NCBI GenBank assembly: GCA_964585855.1
Contig: CAZPFK010000002.1
Coordinates: 893-64,892 of the forward strand
Length of the DNA: 64,000 nt
DNA from: an uncultured Vicinamibacteraceae bacterium
GTDB taxonomy: Bacteria > Planctomycetota > Phycisphaerae > Phycisphaerales > UBA5793
Reading direction: 5' to 3'
In this document: positions 20,226 through 30,011 of the stretch, one piece after another
Layout: every line of letters begins with the position of its first letter
How positions within the stretch are numbered: the stretch's first letter is position 1
The notes under the pieces: generated by a model
Seen by the model: the letters and a program-made list of their open reading frames with translations, nothing else
The model's database searches: none
What the model was told of the DNA's origin: nothing
Made by a program: the position numbers and the translations under genes

Positions 20226-21611
20226 TCAGCGTGTCTGCGGCGGGCTCTCCGCACTCCGGAGAAGATCGGCCAGCGTGCCCGTGTCCTGGCTTTCGAGGAG
20301 ACGATCCCGCACGTCCAGGGCCGGCTGCAGCGCTCCCTTGGCGCCGTCGAGGCGGGTGCGGCGGGGCCAGGAGGCGTCGTAGGCCGCCCGGAGCAGATCG
20401 GCCACGGCGATGGACTCCGGCGGGCGGGCCGGGAGGAACCCCGGTTCATCGTCCTCCTCGCCTCCGATGATCCGCAGCAGCCCGGCGGAGACGCAAGATC
20501 GCAGAATGGCTGACGCCGGCTCGCGGTCGATCCGGCACTCAGCGGCCAGATCGCTGAGATTCGCCGTTTCCCCCTCAGCAAAACGCCGGGCGATGAGGGT
20601 CGCCAGCGGCAGGACGATCAGCGGATCGACGATCAACGATCGTTCCCGGCCGAGGCGGCGGAGTTCGGCGGTTCCGCCCATGCCAAAGGTTTGGATGGTG
20701 GCGGTGACCTCAAGTCCGAAGAGGACGATGATCCAGACAAGGTAGATCCACAGGAGGAAGACGGGCACAAGCCCGAGGGTTCCGTAGATCATGGTGATGG
20801 GGGAGGCGCTGTTGGTGAAGGCGATGGCGAGGTAGGCGGCAAAGAGACGCACTGCGACGGTCCAGAGAACGGCGGCCAGGGCGGCGCCGATGGCGGCGGG
20901 CGTCGATCTCACGGCCGTGTTGGGCATGAGCCGGTAGAGGCCGAAGAGCAGGAAGAAGGTCAGGGCGTAGCCGGTGAGGTTGCTCAATGTGCGGACGGCC
21001 CAGCCCAGCCAGACAAGATCGGCTATGGCGGCATCGAGACGGCGGGTGAGGAAGAAGATCAGGGCGAGGATGAGGGGGCCGACGGTCAGGGCGGTCCAAT
21101 AGAGGGTGATGCGGCGCAGCAGCGATCGACTCTCGGAGGCGCGAAAGATCTGGTTGAAACTGCGTTCGATCGTGGTCATCAGGCCGATGGCGGCCCAGGC
21201 GAGAATGAGGCCGCCGACCAGTCCGACAGCGCCCTTGGCGGCGCTGGCGTCGAGGGACTGGATTCGTTCGGTGAGCCATTGGGCGAGCGACTGCTCCTGC
21301 TCCGGATCGAGGACGCCTTCAAGCCCGCCGGCACGGAGGAGGTTCTCGACGAGGGTGGCGAACTCGGCCGATCCGCCGATGGCGCGGAAGATCAGCAGGA
21401 TAATGACGATGACGGGAATGACGCCCAGGGCCGTGCGGAAGGCGAGCGCGGCGGCCATCTGCCCTGCCCGGTCGGCGCGGAGGCGGCGGTAGGAGTGGAG
21501 ACACATTTCCGCAAGGTTGCGGGTCCAGCGCTGCCACCGGTTCAATTCATCGGCCGGGGTGTTCCAGAGCCGGATGAACGCATCGGGGAGCAGGCGGCGG
21601 TGTGTATTCAA
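20226..21611 (-). CDS. YihY/BrkB family inner-membrane protein with a C-terminal winged-helix-like extension
   Basis: AAALAFRTALGVIPVIVI plus about six TM helices are typical of YihY. An extra ~130 C-terminal residues are soluble (NLSDLAAECRIDREPASAILRSCVSAGLL). The TTG start overlaps the stop of the upstream regulator (TTGA). Confidence 0.8.
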   Translation of the reverse strand: MNTHRRLLPDAFIRLWNTPADELNRWQRWTRNLAEMCLHSYRRLRADRAGQMAAALAFRTALGVIPVIVIILLIFRAIGGSAEFATLVENLLRAGGLEGVLDPEQEQSLAQWLTERIQSLDASAAKGAVGLVGGLILAWAAIGLMTTIERSFNQIFRASESRSLLRRITLYWTALTVGPLILALIFFLTRRLDAAIADLVWLGWAVRTLSNLTGYALTFFLLFGLYRLMPNTAVRSTPAAIGAALAAVLWTVAVRLFAAYLAIAFTNSASPITMIYGTLGLVPVFLLWIYLVWIIVLFGLEVTATIQTFGMGGTAELRRLGRERSLIVDPLIVLPLATLIARRFAEGETANLSDLAAECRIDREPASAILRSCVSAGLLRIIGGEEDDEPGFLPARPPESIAVADLLRAAYDASWPRRTRLDGAKGALQPALDVRDRLLESQDTGTLADLLRSAESPPQTR

Positions 21612-22246
21612 TCGGAGTCCCTGCGTGCATCGGAGAGGGGGGCCAGGACGGTCGTGAAGGAGTAGACCTGTCCCTGCTTTTTCTGCTTGCCTGCAGACAT
21701 GATTCGGGAGATTGAGGCAAGGTGCTGGAAGATTTCCTGGATGGCCTTGTCGCTCAGCCAGGCCCGCTGGCGGCGGGTGTAGACCGTGGAGGTTCCATCG
21801 GGGAAATCCCGTTCCCAGTTGTTTTCCACGGCCTCGCGGAAGTTGCGTTCGGCCAGTTTCAGCACGGTGGCGTTGTAGGTAATACCGTGGCGGACGCCGG
21901 CGGGGCTGGTCTTCATCCGGAACCCGCCCTTGGGGATGGCATAAAGGGCTTCCTCGCGGCGACCGGTGTGCTGCGTGCCCGTCTGGATGACAAGCCCGGC
22001 CTCCCGCAGCATGTCGATGTGGTAGTAGAGACTGCGGGCGGTGCGTCCGAGTTCGCGGGCCAGTTCAGCAATCGAGCAGGGGCCGATGACGGAGAGGGCG
22101 TCGATGATCTCCAGCCGCGCCGGCGACTTGGAGAGCACTTCCGCCTGCTGATCCGAGAGGATCATCGGTTTTGAGGCGGGGGCCTTGGGAGAGCGCGTCG
22201 CCACCAGAGGAAACTCCTTGACCCGATCCGATATGCGTGTGTTCAT
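21608..22246 (-). CDS. ArsR-like winged-helix transcriptional regulator (212 aa)
   Basis: ARLEIIDALSVIGPCSIAELARELGRTARSLYYHIDMLREAGLV is an ArsR/SmtB-type wHTH. About 110 further residues are of unknown function. Confidence 0.75.
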   Translation of the reverse strand: MNTRISDRVKEFPLVATRSPKAPASKPMILSDQQAEVLSKSPARLEIIDALSVIGPCSIAELARELGRTARSLYYHIDMLREAGLVIQTGTQHTGRREEALYAIPKGGFRMKTSPAGVRHGITYNATVLKLAERNFREAVENNWERDFPDGTSTVYTRRQRAWLSDKAIQEIFQHLASISRIMSAGKQKKQGQVYSFTTVLAPLSDARRDSD

Positions 22247-22267
22247 ACCGGAAGGATAGTCCGTAAG

Positions 22268-22295
22268 TATTCAAAAACACAAGGGTTTTTGAATA
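22268..22295. promoter_or_regulatory. Perfect 11-bp inverted repeat (candidate operator) in the regulator/terC divergent region
   Basis: TATTCAAAAAC-ACAAGG-GTTTTTGAATA. It lies 22 nt upstream of the regulator ATG (22246) and 137 nt upstream of the terC ATG (22432). It is strikingly AT-rich in a GC-rich context. Confidence 0.5.
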
Positions 22296-22431
22296 CAAGC
22301 CACACGAGCGTCGAGTCAGTGTATCGGAGTCCCCCGCGCCCGTCCGCCGGCCCGGCATGGACCGGCTGATCCCGGGCCGCTATCAACTCTCTGCCGTGAT
22401 CGGACCTTCCTGGCGCGGAGAGAGCCCCCCA

Positions 22432-23205
22432 ATGTTTAACCTGAGTGAACTGCTGACCGTCGAGGCCGCCATCGCCCTGCTGACGCTCGCCTCGCTGGAG
22501 ATCGTGCTGGGCATCGACAACATTGTCTTCATCGCCATCCTCAGCGACAAACTCCCCGAGGAAAAACGCGCCCGCACGCGCAACATCGGCATCCTGATGG
22601 CCATGATCATGCGCCTGGGCCTGCTCTTTGCCATCGGCTGGGTCGTGAAGCTCACCAATCCGATCATCACGATCGGAGAGTCGCTGGCCTTCTCGGGCAA
22701 GGACCTCATCATGCTCATCGGAGGGCTCTTCCTCGTCGCCAAGGCGACTGTTGAGATTCATCACAAGATCGAGGCCTCGGATCACGTCGAGGCCGTGCCC
22801 GATCTGGAGAAGGCCCGACGAAAGCCAAAGCCCGCAGGCGTCACCGTCGGCAGCGTGCTCTTCCAGATCATTCTGCTCGACGCGGTGTTTTCACTGGACT
22901 CGGTGATCACGGCCGTCGGCATGGTCAAGCAGATTGAGATTATGGTCGTGGCGGTGCTCATGGCCGTCGTGGTGATGCTGATCTTTGCCGGGCCGATCAG
23001 CCGCTTCATCATCCGTCATCCGACGCTGAAGATCCTCGCGCTGTCGTTTCTGATTCTCATCGGCTTCACGCTGATGCTGGAGGGCTTCCACATCAAGGTG
23101 CCCAAGGGCTACATCTACAGCGCGATGGGCTTCTCGCTGGGAGTGGAGCTGATCAACCTGAAGATCATCCAGGGCATGCAGGCCAAGCGTCAGGCGGCGA
23201 ACTGA
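22432..23205 (+). CDS. terC: TerC family integral membrane protein
   Basis: LASLEIVLGIDNIVFIAILSDKLP and a second DAVFSLDSVITAVGM repeat are TerC hallmarks. Start set at the internal ATG preceded by GGAGAGAG. Confidence 0.88.
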   Translation: MFNLSELLTVEAAIALLTLASLEIVLGIDNIVFIAILSDKLPEEKRARTRNIGILMAMIMRLGLLFAIGWVVKLTNPIITIGESLAFSGKDLIMLIGGLFLVAKATVEIHHKIEASDHVEAVPDLEKARRKPKPAGVTVGSVLFQIILLDAVFSLDSVITAVGMVKQIEIMVVAVLMAVVVMLIFAGPISRFIIRHPTLKILALSFLILIGFTLMLEGFHIKVPKGYIYSAMGFSLGVELINLKIIQGMQAKRQAAN

Positions 23206-23210
23206 TCCGA

Positions 23211-24551
23211 TCACTCGTCAAGGGTCGATTTCCGCCGCAGGAGGTGGTGGTACCGCTGCGCGAAGCGGTGGGCCTCATCGCGCACGGCCTGGCAGAGGCG
23301 AAGCCCCCGGTGCTGCCGGCTGAGGCGAATCGGCTCGCTCTCCCGCTGCGTGTAGAGCACTTCATCCTTCTTGGCCAGTGAGATGATCATTGGCGGCTTG
23401 ACATCCACATCCTCCAGCGCTTCCAGCGCTGCGTGCAGCTGCCCGAGGCCGCCGTCGATCAGGATCACATCCGGGTACAGCTCCTGGCCCTTGCCGGCAT
23501 CCCGGTAGCGGCGCGAGACGACCTCCCGGATCGCGGCGTAGTCATCATTCTCGACGGTGCGGATACGGTATCGGCGGTACTCTGACTTCAGCGGCCGACC
23601 GTCAACGAAGCAGACCTTTGCGCCGACGGTTTCACCGCCCTGCAGGTGGGCGATGTCGATGCCTTCGATGCAGCGGATCGGCGCCTCGAGCCCGACGGCC
23701 TTTCGCAGACTTTCCAGTCCCTTGCGCGGATCGAGGCGAGCCAGCGATTCGGTTTCCGGCTGCCATCCCTGCCTCGCTTTGCCGCGATCATTAAGGCCTT
23801 CAATGGCGGCAATCTGGTCGCGGAGCACGGCGGCGCGCTCGTAGTGGCGGTCGGCGGCGGCCTGTCGCATCTCGGCGGTCAGCTCGCGGAGCAGGACGGA
23901 GCGCTTGCTCTCAAGGAAGCGGACGAAGGCGCGGATGTCCTCGCCGTAGGCCTCGGGGGAGATGCGGTCGGCGCAGGGCGCGGTGCACTGGCCGATGGTG
24001 TGAAGCAGGCAGGGGCGGAAGTAGCGGTTCTTCGGGTCGCCGGCGGTGATGTCGAGGGTACAGGTGCGGTACTTGAAGATGCGCTGGAGGATCTGGACCG
24101 ACTCGCGCAGGGCGTAGACCGAGGTGAAGGGGCCGAAGACTTTCGCCCCGCGGTATTCTTCGGCGGAGGGATTGCGCGTGATGAAGACGCCGGGGAAGTC
24201 ATCGCGCATCGTGATGACGAGGTAGGGGAAACTCTTGCCGTCGGTGAGGCGGACGTTGAACTGCGGCTGGATGTCCTTGATCAGGCGGTTTTCGGCCAGC
24301 AGGGCCTCCCATTCGCCTTCGCACTCCAGCGTGTCGAAGTCCACGATCACGTCGAGCATCGGCTGCTTCTTGGGCCCGAGGTCCGCCGAGGGCACGAAGT
24401 ACGACGAGACGCGGTCGCGCAGCCGGGCGGCCTTGCCGACGTAGACCACCCGGCCCTGGGCGTCCTTCATCAGGTAGACGCCGGGAACGGCCGGCAGACC
24501 CCTGGCTTTCTCAGCCAGCCGGGCACGTGGGGATTCGGGGGACTCGGGCAT
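23211..24551 (-). CDS. uvrC: Excinuclease ABC subunit C, short form (447 aa, no C-terminal (HhH)2 domain)
   Basis: GIY-YIG block (GVYLMKDAQGRVVYVGKA), UVR domain (HYERAAVLRDQIAAIEGL) and RNase H-like endonuclease domain (IEGIDIAHLQGGE, LIDGGLGQL, RDEAHRFA). Start set at internal Met75 of the ORF-track model. Confidence 0.9.
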   Translation of the reverse strand: MPESPESPRARLAEKARGLPAVPGVYLMKDAQGRVVYVGKAARLRDRVSSYFVPSADLGPKKQPMLDVIVDFDTLECEGEWEALLAENRLIKDIQPQFNVRLTDGKSFPYLVITMRDDFPGVFITRNPSAEEYRGAKVFGPFTSVYALRESVQILQRIFKYRTCTLDITAGDPKNRYFRPCLLHTIGQCTAPCADRISPEAYGEDIRAFVRFLESKRSVLLRELTAEMRQAAADRHYERAAVLRDQIAAIEGLNDRGKARQGWQPETESLARLDPRKGLESLRKAVGLEAPIRCIEGIDIAHLQGGETVGAKVCFVDGRPLKSEYRRYRIRTVENDDYAAIREVVSRRYRDAGKGQELYPDVILIDGGLGQLHAALEALEDVDVKPPMIISLAKKDEVLYTQRESEPIRLSRQHRGLRLCQAVRDEAHRFAQRYHHLLRRKSTLDE

Positions 24552-24626
24552 GGGGAAATGGTACACTGGACCTGCAGCATCTGGTCGCGGCCGGCGGTCT
24601 GGTGAACCACCTGCATTGAGGCGTCT

Positions 24627-25631
24627 ATGGCAAAGAGATTGTCCGACATACCCGCACTGACCGACTCGCAGGTGTCCATGCTGAGACAGGCCCTGCGGTC
24701 GTCGCCGATATTCGAGAACCTTCCTGATGCCCACTTCGAGACGACGTTCGGGGCCAAGCAACTTGAAGATCACGCTCGATCACGGTATGAACGCTGTGCC
24801 CGGGACATCGTACCGTGGGTTGCTCGGAAGATTGACCTGTCAACCTCGGGTGTGGTTGAGATCGGCTGCGGAACGGGATCCACCACCGCCGCATTCGCGC
24901 AGGCGGCCAGATGCGTAGATGGATTCGACATCAATGACCGCTGCTTCGCGGCGGCAAGAGAACGCTTGCGGATTCTCAAGGTTGAAAATGCCGCGCTGTT
25001 TGCCGGAACGCCCGCCGAATTCGTTGATCGTATGCGTCGGAAGTACCCCGACGGCATCGACGTATTGCTGATGTATGCGGTCATGGAGCACCAGACGCTG
25101 TCTGAACGACTGGAGACTCTGGAGACGTGGTGGCCGATGCTCCGCCCGGGCGGAGTGCTTGTGGTCAGCGACACGCCCAACCGCCTGGTCTACTGCCACG
25201 GTCATACGTCGCAGATTCCGTTTTTCGATATGCTGCCGGACGAACTGGCGATTCGGTTCCTGGATCACTCCCCTCGGGAGCACTTCCGAACTCGCATGAA
25301 GGAGGTGGTGCAACGCTCACCTGAGAAGGTTCGGGAGACTCTGGATCGATGGGGGCGCGGTGTCAGCTTTCACGAGTTCCAGGCCGTCCTCGGCCCTCTT
25401 GGCTCTCTGGTGGTCGGTGACGGATTCGAACCTGAGATACTCTCCTGTAAGCCGGTGGTTCTCATGGAGCGGCTGCTGCTGACGTTTCTGGAGGCGGAGT
25501 GTCCGGAGGTGCCGATCGGCTTTGCCCGACGGAGTCTTGACCTGATCCTGCAGAAGCCGATTCCCGGCCAGGCCCCCGGCAGGCCCGATCATGACGCTTC
25601 ACAGTTGACCGCCCTTCGGCTCCTGCCGTAG
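24627..25631 (+). CDS. Class I SAM-dependent methyltransferase
   Basis: Motif I VVEIGCGTGSTTAAFA and post-I DGFDIN. GAGG Shine-Dalgarno. Many A/T-ending and rare codons (AGA, ATA, TTG) relative to neighbouring genes. Confidence 0.8.
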   Translation: MAKRLSDIPALTDSQVSMLRQALRSSPIFENLPDAHFETTFGAKQLEDHARSRYERCARDIVPWVARKIDLSTSGVVEIGCGTGSTTAAFAQAARCVDGFDINDRCFAAARERLRILKVENAALFAGTPAEFVDRMRRKYPDGIDVLLMYAVMEHQTLSERLETLETWWPMLRPGGVLVVSDTPNRLVYCHGHTSQIPFFDMLPDELAIRFLDHSPREHFRTRMKEVVQRSPEKVRETLDRWGRGVSFHEFQAVLGPLGSLVVGDGFEPEILSCKPVVLMERLLLTFLEAECPEVPIGFARRSLDLILQKPIPGQAPGRPDHDASQLTALRLLP

Positions 25632-25638
25632 CCTTGTC

Positions 25639-27123
25639 ATGGGAAGCAAGATCATTGGTCAGGCCATCACGTTTGACGATGTGCTGCTGGTTCCGCGGCA
25701 CACGTCAATCCTGCCGTCCGAGGTAGACACCTCGACGAGCATCACCCGCAACATCCGCATCAACCTCCCGCTCATCAGCGCTCCGATGGACACGGTCACC
25801 GAGTCGGCGCTGGCAATCGCCCTGGCGCAGGAGGGCGGCCTGGGCGTCATCCATCGAAACATGGGCATCGAGCAGCAGACGCGCGAGGTGCGGAAGGTCA
25901 AGCGCTCTGAAAACGGCATCATCACCGATCCGGTCACGCTCAGCCCCGAGCACAGCGTCGCCGAGGCCGTCTCCATCATGAGCACGCAGAACGTCTCCGG
26001 CGTTCCCGTGACCATCGACGGCTCGGCCCACGGCACGGTCGTCGGCATCCTGACACGACGCGACATCAAGTTCCTCTCCTCCGACGACGTTCGCGTCGGC
26101 GAAGTGATGACAAAGGAACACCTCGTCACAGGCCCGGAGAACACCTCGCTGGCCCAGGCCAAGGAGATTCTCAGCCGGGCGAAAGTGGAGAAGCTGCTGC
26201 TGGTTGACGACCGCATGAACCTTCGCGGCATGATCACCATGCGCGACATCGACAACCTCACGACGCACGCCCTGGCCTGCCGGGATCATCGCGGCCGGCT
26301 CCGCGTCGGCGCAGCCGCCGGTGTGCGGCAGTTCGACCGCGTCGAGGCGCTGCTGGAGGCCGAGGTCGACCTGATCGTGATCGACACGGCCCACGGCCAC
26401 TCCGAGAATGTGCTGGAAACGGTGCGCGAGATTCGCAGGCGCCATCCGCAGATCGATCTTGTGGCCGGAAACATCGCCACCGCGGAGGCGGCGCGTGACC
26501 TGATCAGCGCCGGAGTTGATGCCGTCAAGGTCGGGATCGGCCCCGGTTCGATCTGCACGACGCGCGTCGTCACGGGGGTCGGCGTGCCGCAGATCACCGC
26601 CATCATGGATGTCTGCTCAGTTGCCGATCCGGCCGGCGTTCCCGTGATAGCCGACGGGGGCATCCGCTCCTCCGGCGACATCGCCAAGGCCATCGGCGCC
26701 GGGGCTTCAGCGGTCATGCTCGGCTCGCTCTTCGGCGGCCTTGATGAGTCGCCCGGTGAGGTCGTGATCCGGCGCGGCCGGCGATACAAGACCTACCGGG
26801 GGATGGGGTCGGCGGGGGCGATGGCGGCGGGGTCGGCGGATCGCTACGGACAGAAGAGTGAGACGCCGACGAGCAAGTTCGTGCCTGAGGGCGTCGAGGG
26901 ACTGGTTCCCTATCGCGGGGCCCTCTCGGATTTCGTCTACCAGATGGCGGGGGGATTGCGGTCGTCAATGGGATACTGCGGTTGCCGGACGCTGGAGGCG
27001 ATGCGGCGGGAGACGCGCTTCGTGCAGGTCACGCACGCCTCGCTGATTGAGTCGCACCCGCATGACATTCAGATTACGCGTGAAGCGCCCAACTACACGA
27101 TCGAGACGCAGGCCTTCGACTGA
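25639..27123 (+). CDS. guaB: IMP dehydrogenase
   Basis: [10 protein letters not shown], tandem CBS domains, catalytic loop [11 protein letters not shown], and [12 protein letters not shown]. Confidence 0.97.
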   Translation: MGSKIIGQAITFDDVLLVPRHTSILPSEVDTSTSITRNIRINLPLISAPMDTVTESALAIALAQEGGLGVIHRNMGIEQQTREVRKVKRSENGIITDPVTLSPEHSVAEAVSIMSTQNVSGVPVTIDGSAHGTVVGILTRRDIKFLSSDDVRVGEVMTKEHLVTGPENTSLAQAKEILSRAKVEKLLLVDDRMNLRGMITMRDIDNLTTHALACRDHRGRLRVGAAAGVRQFDRVEALLEAEVDLIVIDTAHGHSENVLETVREIRRRHPQIDLVAGNIATAEAARDLISAGVDAVKVGIGPGSICTTRVVTGVGVPQITAIMDVCSVADPAGVPVIADGGIRSSGDIAKAIGAGASAVMLGSLFGGLDESPGEVVIRRGRRYKTYRGMGSAGAMAAGSADRYGQKSETPTSKFVPEGVEGLVPYRGALSDFVYQMAGGLRSSMGYCGCRTLEAMRRETRFVQVTHASLIESHPHDIQITREAPNYTIETQAFD

Positions 27124-28077
27124 TCACGAGAGGCTGATGCGCGGATCAACCCATCCGTACAGCACATCGACGATGAGGTTGAAGAGGATCAGCATCGTCG
27201 AGTAGGTCAGCACGACCCCCATGATCATGAAGAGGTCCTTGTTGAGGACCGAGTTGACGAAGTGCTGCCCCAGCCCGGGCACGTTGAAGACCTTCTCCAC
27301 GACAAATGAGCCGGTCATCACCGCCGCCGTCGCCGGACCGAGATAACTCAGCACCGGCAGGAAGGCGACCTTCAGGGCGTGCCGCATCACGACCTGGCTC
27401 TCGGGCAGACCCTTGGCGCGGGCCGTGCGGATGAAATCGGCCTGCATCACTTCGATCATGCCCAGGCGCGTCAGCCGGGCGATGTAGGCGGCATACGGCA
27501 GACTGAGCGTCACAGCCGGCAGCGCCACATCGCCGAGACTTCCCCACCCGGCGATCGGAAAGATGGGAAAGGCGACAGCCAGCAGGATCAGCAAGCCGGT
27601 GCCGATGACGAAACTCGGCAGACTGATGCCGATCAGCGCCACCATGAAGGAGGCGTGATCGACAGCGCTGCCCGGACGCACCGCGCCGAGCACGCCCGCG
27701 CTCAGGCCGATCATCAGCGCCAGGATGATCGCGGCAAGCCCCAGGACGATGCTCACCGGCAGCGAACTCTCGATGAGCTCGTTGACCGACCAGTCCTTGT
27801 ACTGCAGGCAGGGGCCGAAGTTGAAGACCGTCTCCGAGTCGCCGCGCAGCCACGCGACCCCGGAGGCGTTGTAGAGATACGAGACGTAGAAGCGCTCCGG
27901 ACGGTCGAGGTTGTACTGCCGCTCCATCGCCTCGATCACGGCAGGGTCGGGCCGGCGTCCCTCCGCCCGCTCGACGGGACTTCCCGGCAGGAGCCAGGCC
28001 AGCAGGAAGGTCAGCGTGTAGATGGCCAGCAGGATCAGCGGCAGCTGCAGCAGGCGGCGGAGGATCATCTGCGTCAT
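27124..28077 (-). CDS. ABC transporter permease (OppB/DppB-like)
   Basis: N-terminus RRLLQLPLILLAIYTLTFLL and the EAA-type loop DFIRTARAKGLPESQVVMRHALK. A 4-nt overlap with the upstream binding-protein gene. Confidence 0.9.
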   Translation of the reverse strand: MTQMILRRLLQLPLILLAIYTLTFLLAWLLPGSPVERAEGRRPDPAVIEAMERQYNLDRPERFYVSYLYNASGVAWLRGDSETVFNFGPCLQYKDWSVNELIESSLPVSIVLGLAAIILALMIGLSAGVLGAVRPGSAVDHASFMVALIGISLPSFVIGTGLLILLAVAFPIFPIAGWGSLGDVALPAVTLSLPYAAYIARLTRLGMIEVMQADFIRTARAKGLPESQVVMRHALKVAFLPVLSYLGPATAAVMTGSFVVEKVFNVPGLGQHFVNSVLNKDLFMIMGVVLTYSTMLILFNLIVDVLYGWVDPRISLS

Positions 28078-29957
28078 GGCCGCTGCACCTCCATCTCCCA
28101 GAGGTACTGCACGAGGCGCGGGTGCGTCGTGAGCCCGGAGACTTCAGCGGGATCAAACATGTACAGCGTAACCTGGTGAAAGAGCGGCACGAAGGGAAGC
28201 TCCTGCTCCATGACGAAGGCCTCGGCCTCCTCAAGCAGATCCATCCGCGCCTGCGGGTCGAGCTCGGCGTCGATGCGCGCCATGAGTTCGTCAAAGTACG
28301 CATTTGAGTAGGCGCGATCGTTGTTGCCGTTGGTCGTGCGGAAGAGATCGAGGAAGGTCGTCGGATCGCCGTAGTCGCCGTACCAGTTGCCGCGTGCGGT
28401 CACAAAGTTGTGCTTCTTCAGTTCATCGCCGAAGACCTTGCTCTCTTTGCCGGCCAGGGTCGTACGGACGCCCAGTTCCCGCTCCCACATGCCGGAGATC
28501 GCCGCGGCGATGTTCTTGTGGTCCTCACCTGTGCTGTAGAGCAGTTCGACGACCATGAAGGGCTCGCCGCGTGCGTCCTCGATGAGCCCGTCGCCGTTGC
28601 GGTCTTCGTACCCGACTTCGGCGAGCAGGGCGCGGGCGGCCGCAGGGTCGTAGCCGAGCCCGGCAGGGCTCTCGTAGCCGGGAATCGAGCCCGGGGGGAT
28701 GAAGGTGCGCGCGACGTTCTGGTTCATGCGCGTGACGTTACGGACGATGGACGCCTTGTCGATGGCCAGGGCGAAGGCGCGGCGGATGCGTGCATCGTGA
28801 AAGGGGTTGGGCTTGCCGTTGTTGAACTGTTCCTGGCAGTTGAAGTTGAAGAAGTACGTTCCGAAGGCGGAGAATGCGTGCACATCGTTGCGCTCGCCCT
28901 CCTGCGGGGGCGACTCCGAAGCGAGCACACGCATGCGCTCGCAGTAGTCCAGCCCCTGGACTTTGAGTTCCTCCAGCCGATCGGCGTGGCGCTCTGTGTA
29001 GGCGCGGGCCTGGGCGAGCATGTCGGCTCGAAACTCGGCCGAGAGGTCCGACAGCCAGTCGATGGTGCCGGTCTGGAAGGCAAGCACGGCCGTGGAGGTG
29101 TCTTCAACGGAGAGGGAGAGCACGCGCTGCGACCGGACCTTCTCGCGGTTCCAGTAGTACGGGTTGGCCTCCATCAGCATGTCGCGCTTATAGCGCCAGC
29201 GCGTCAGTTTCAGCGGGCCGTTGGTCACACAGCGGGGGGGTTTTGTCCAGCCGAATTGCTCCCGAAGCGAGCCGGTGGCGGCGTCAACGGTGATGTGGGG
29301 CTCGACGGAAGGGGGGTGAACGGGGCTGAAGACGCCGAAGGCGAAGAGGTCGAGCATGTAGGGCGTCGGCTGCTGCAGCGTCACGATCAGGGTGTGGTCA
29401 TCGGGCGCAGAAAGTCCGACGGTGGCGGCGAAGTGCGCCCGCGCCTCGGCCAGCAGCTCCTCCGCGCGCGCCTGCCGCTCCTGGCCGCGCAGCGATTGAT
29501 CGGCAGAGAACTCCGCAACCTGTCGGCTGCGCCACTCAAAGAACTCCTCGCCGCCTCGGATCTTGAAGAAGAGATCGGCGTAGTCCGCGGTCGTGTCGGG
29601 CATCAGCGCCCGTCGCCAGGCGTAGAGAAAATCGCCGGCGGTGACGGGATCGCCGTTGGACCACTTCGCATCAGTCCGGAGGGCGAAGGTGTAGGTCAGG
29701 CCGTCGTCGGAGACGGACCACTCCCTGGCCACGCCTGGCTCAATGTCGAAGGTGTCGTTGTTCCAGGAGACCAGCCCCTCGTAGATTGCTTCGGCGATGC
29801 GGAAATCCTGCAGCCAGGACATCCGCTGCGGATCCAGCGTGTGGCACTCACCCCGGTTGACAAAGACAAGGTCGGCCTCGCCAGCGCCGCCGTCAAGCGA
29901 AAGCGCGCCGGCAAGCAGCGCCAGCAGCAGAAAGAGGATCGCCGCGATTCGGAGCAT
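28074..29957 (-). CDS. ABC transporter substrate-binding protein, family 5 (OppA/DppA-like)
   Basis: Signal peptide. Length and blocks (LDPQRMSWLQDFRIAEAIYEGL, YWNREKV, RRAFALAIDK) are typical of family-5 peptide/nickel binding proteins. Confidence 0.88.
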   Translation of the reverse strand: MLRIAAILFLLLALLAGALSLDGGAGEADLVFVNRGECHTLDPQRMSWLQDFRIAEAIYEGLVSWNNDTFDIEPGVAREWSVSDDGLTYTFALRTDAKWSNGDPVTAGDFLYAWRRALMPDTTADYADLFFKIRGGEEFFEWRSRQVAEFSADQSLRGQERQARAEELLAEARAHFAATVGLSAPDDHTLIVTLQQPTPYMLDLFAFGVFSPVHPPSVEPHITVDAATGSLREQFGWTKPPRCVTNGPLKLTRWRYKRDMLMEANPYYWNREKVRSQRVLSLSVEDTSTAVLAFQTGTIDWLSDLSAEFRADMLAQARAYTERHADRLEELKVQGLDYCERMRVLASESPPQEGERNDVHAFSAFGTYFFNFNCQEQFNNGKPNPFHDARIRRAFALAIDKASIVRNVTRMNQNVARTFIPPGSIPGYESPAGLGYDPAAARALLAEVGYEDRNGDGLIEDARGEPFMVVELLYSTGEDHKNIAAAISGMWERELGVRTTLAGKESKVFGDELKKHNFVTARGNWYGDYGDPTTFLDLFRTTNGNNDRAYSNAYFDELMARIDAELDPQARMDLLEEAEAFVMEQELPFVPLFHQVTLYMFDPAEVSGLTTHPRLVQYLWEMEVQRP

Positions 29958-30011
29958 CGCTGCAAGCGTATCGCCATTGGTCGTCAGCGGGTAGCGCCGC
30001 TGCGGTCACTC

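Noticed and set aside
22247-22431. yybP-ykoY (Mn) riboswitch upstream of terC
   Set aside because: I looked for the conserved GGGGAGUAG and distal AGCAAGACC-type blocks and found neither. The region instead has the AT-rich palindrome reported as a candidate operator.
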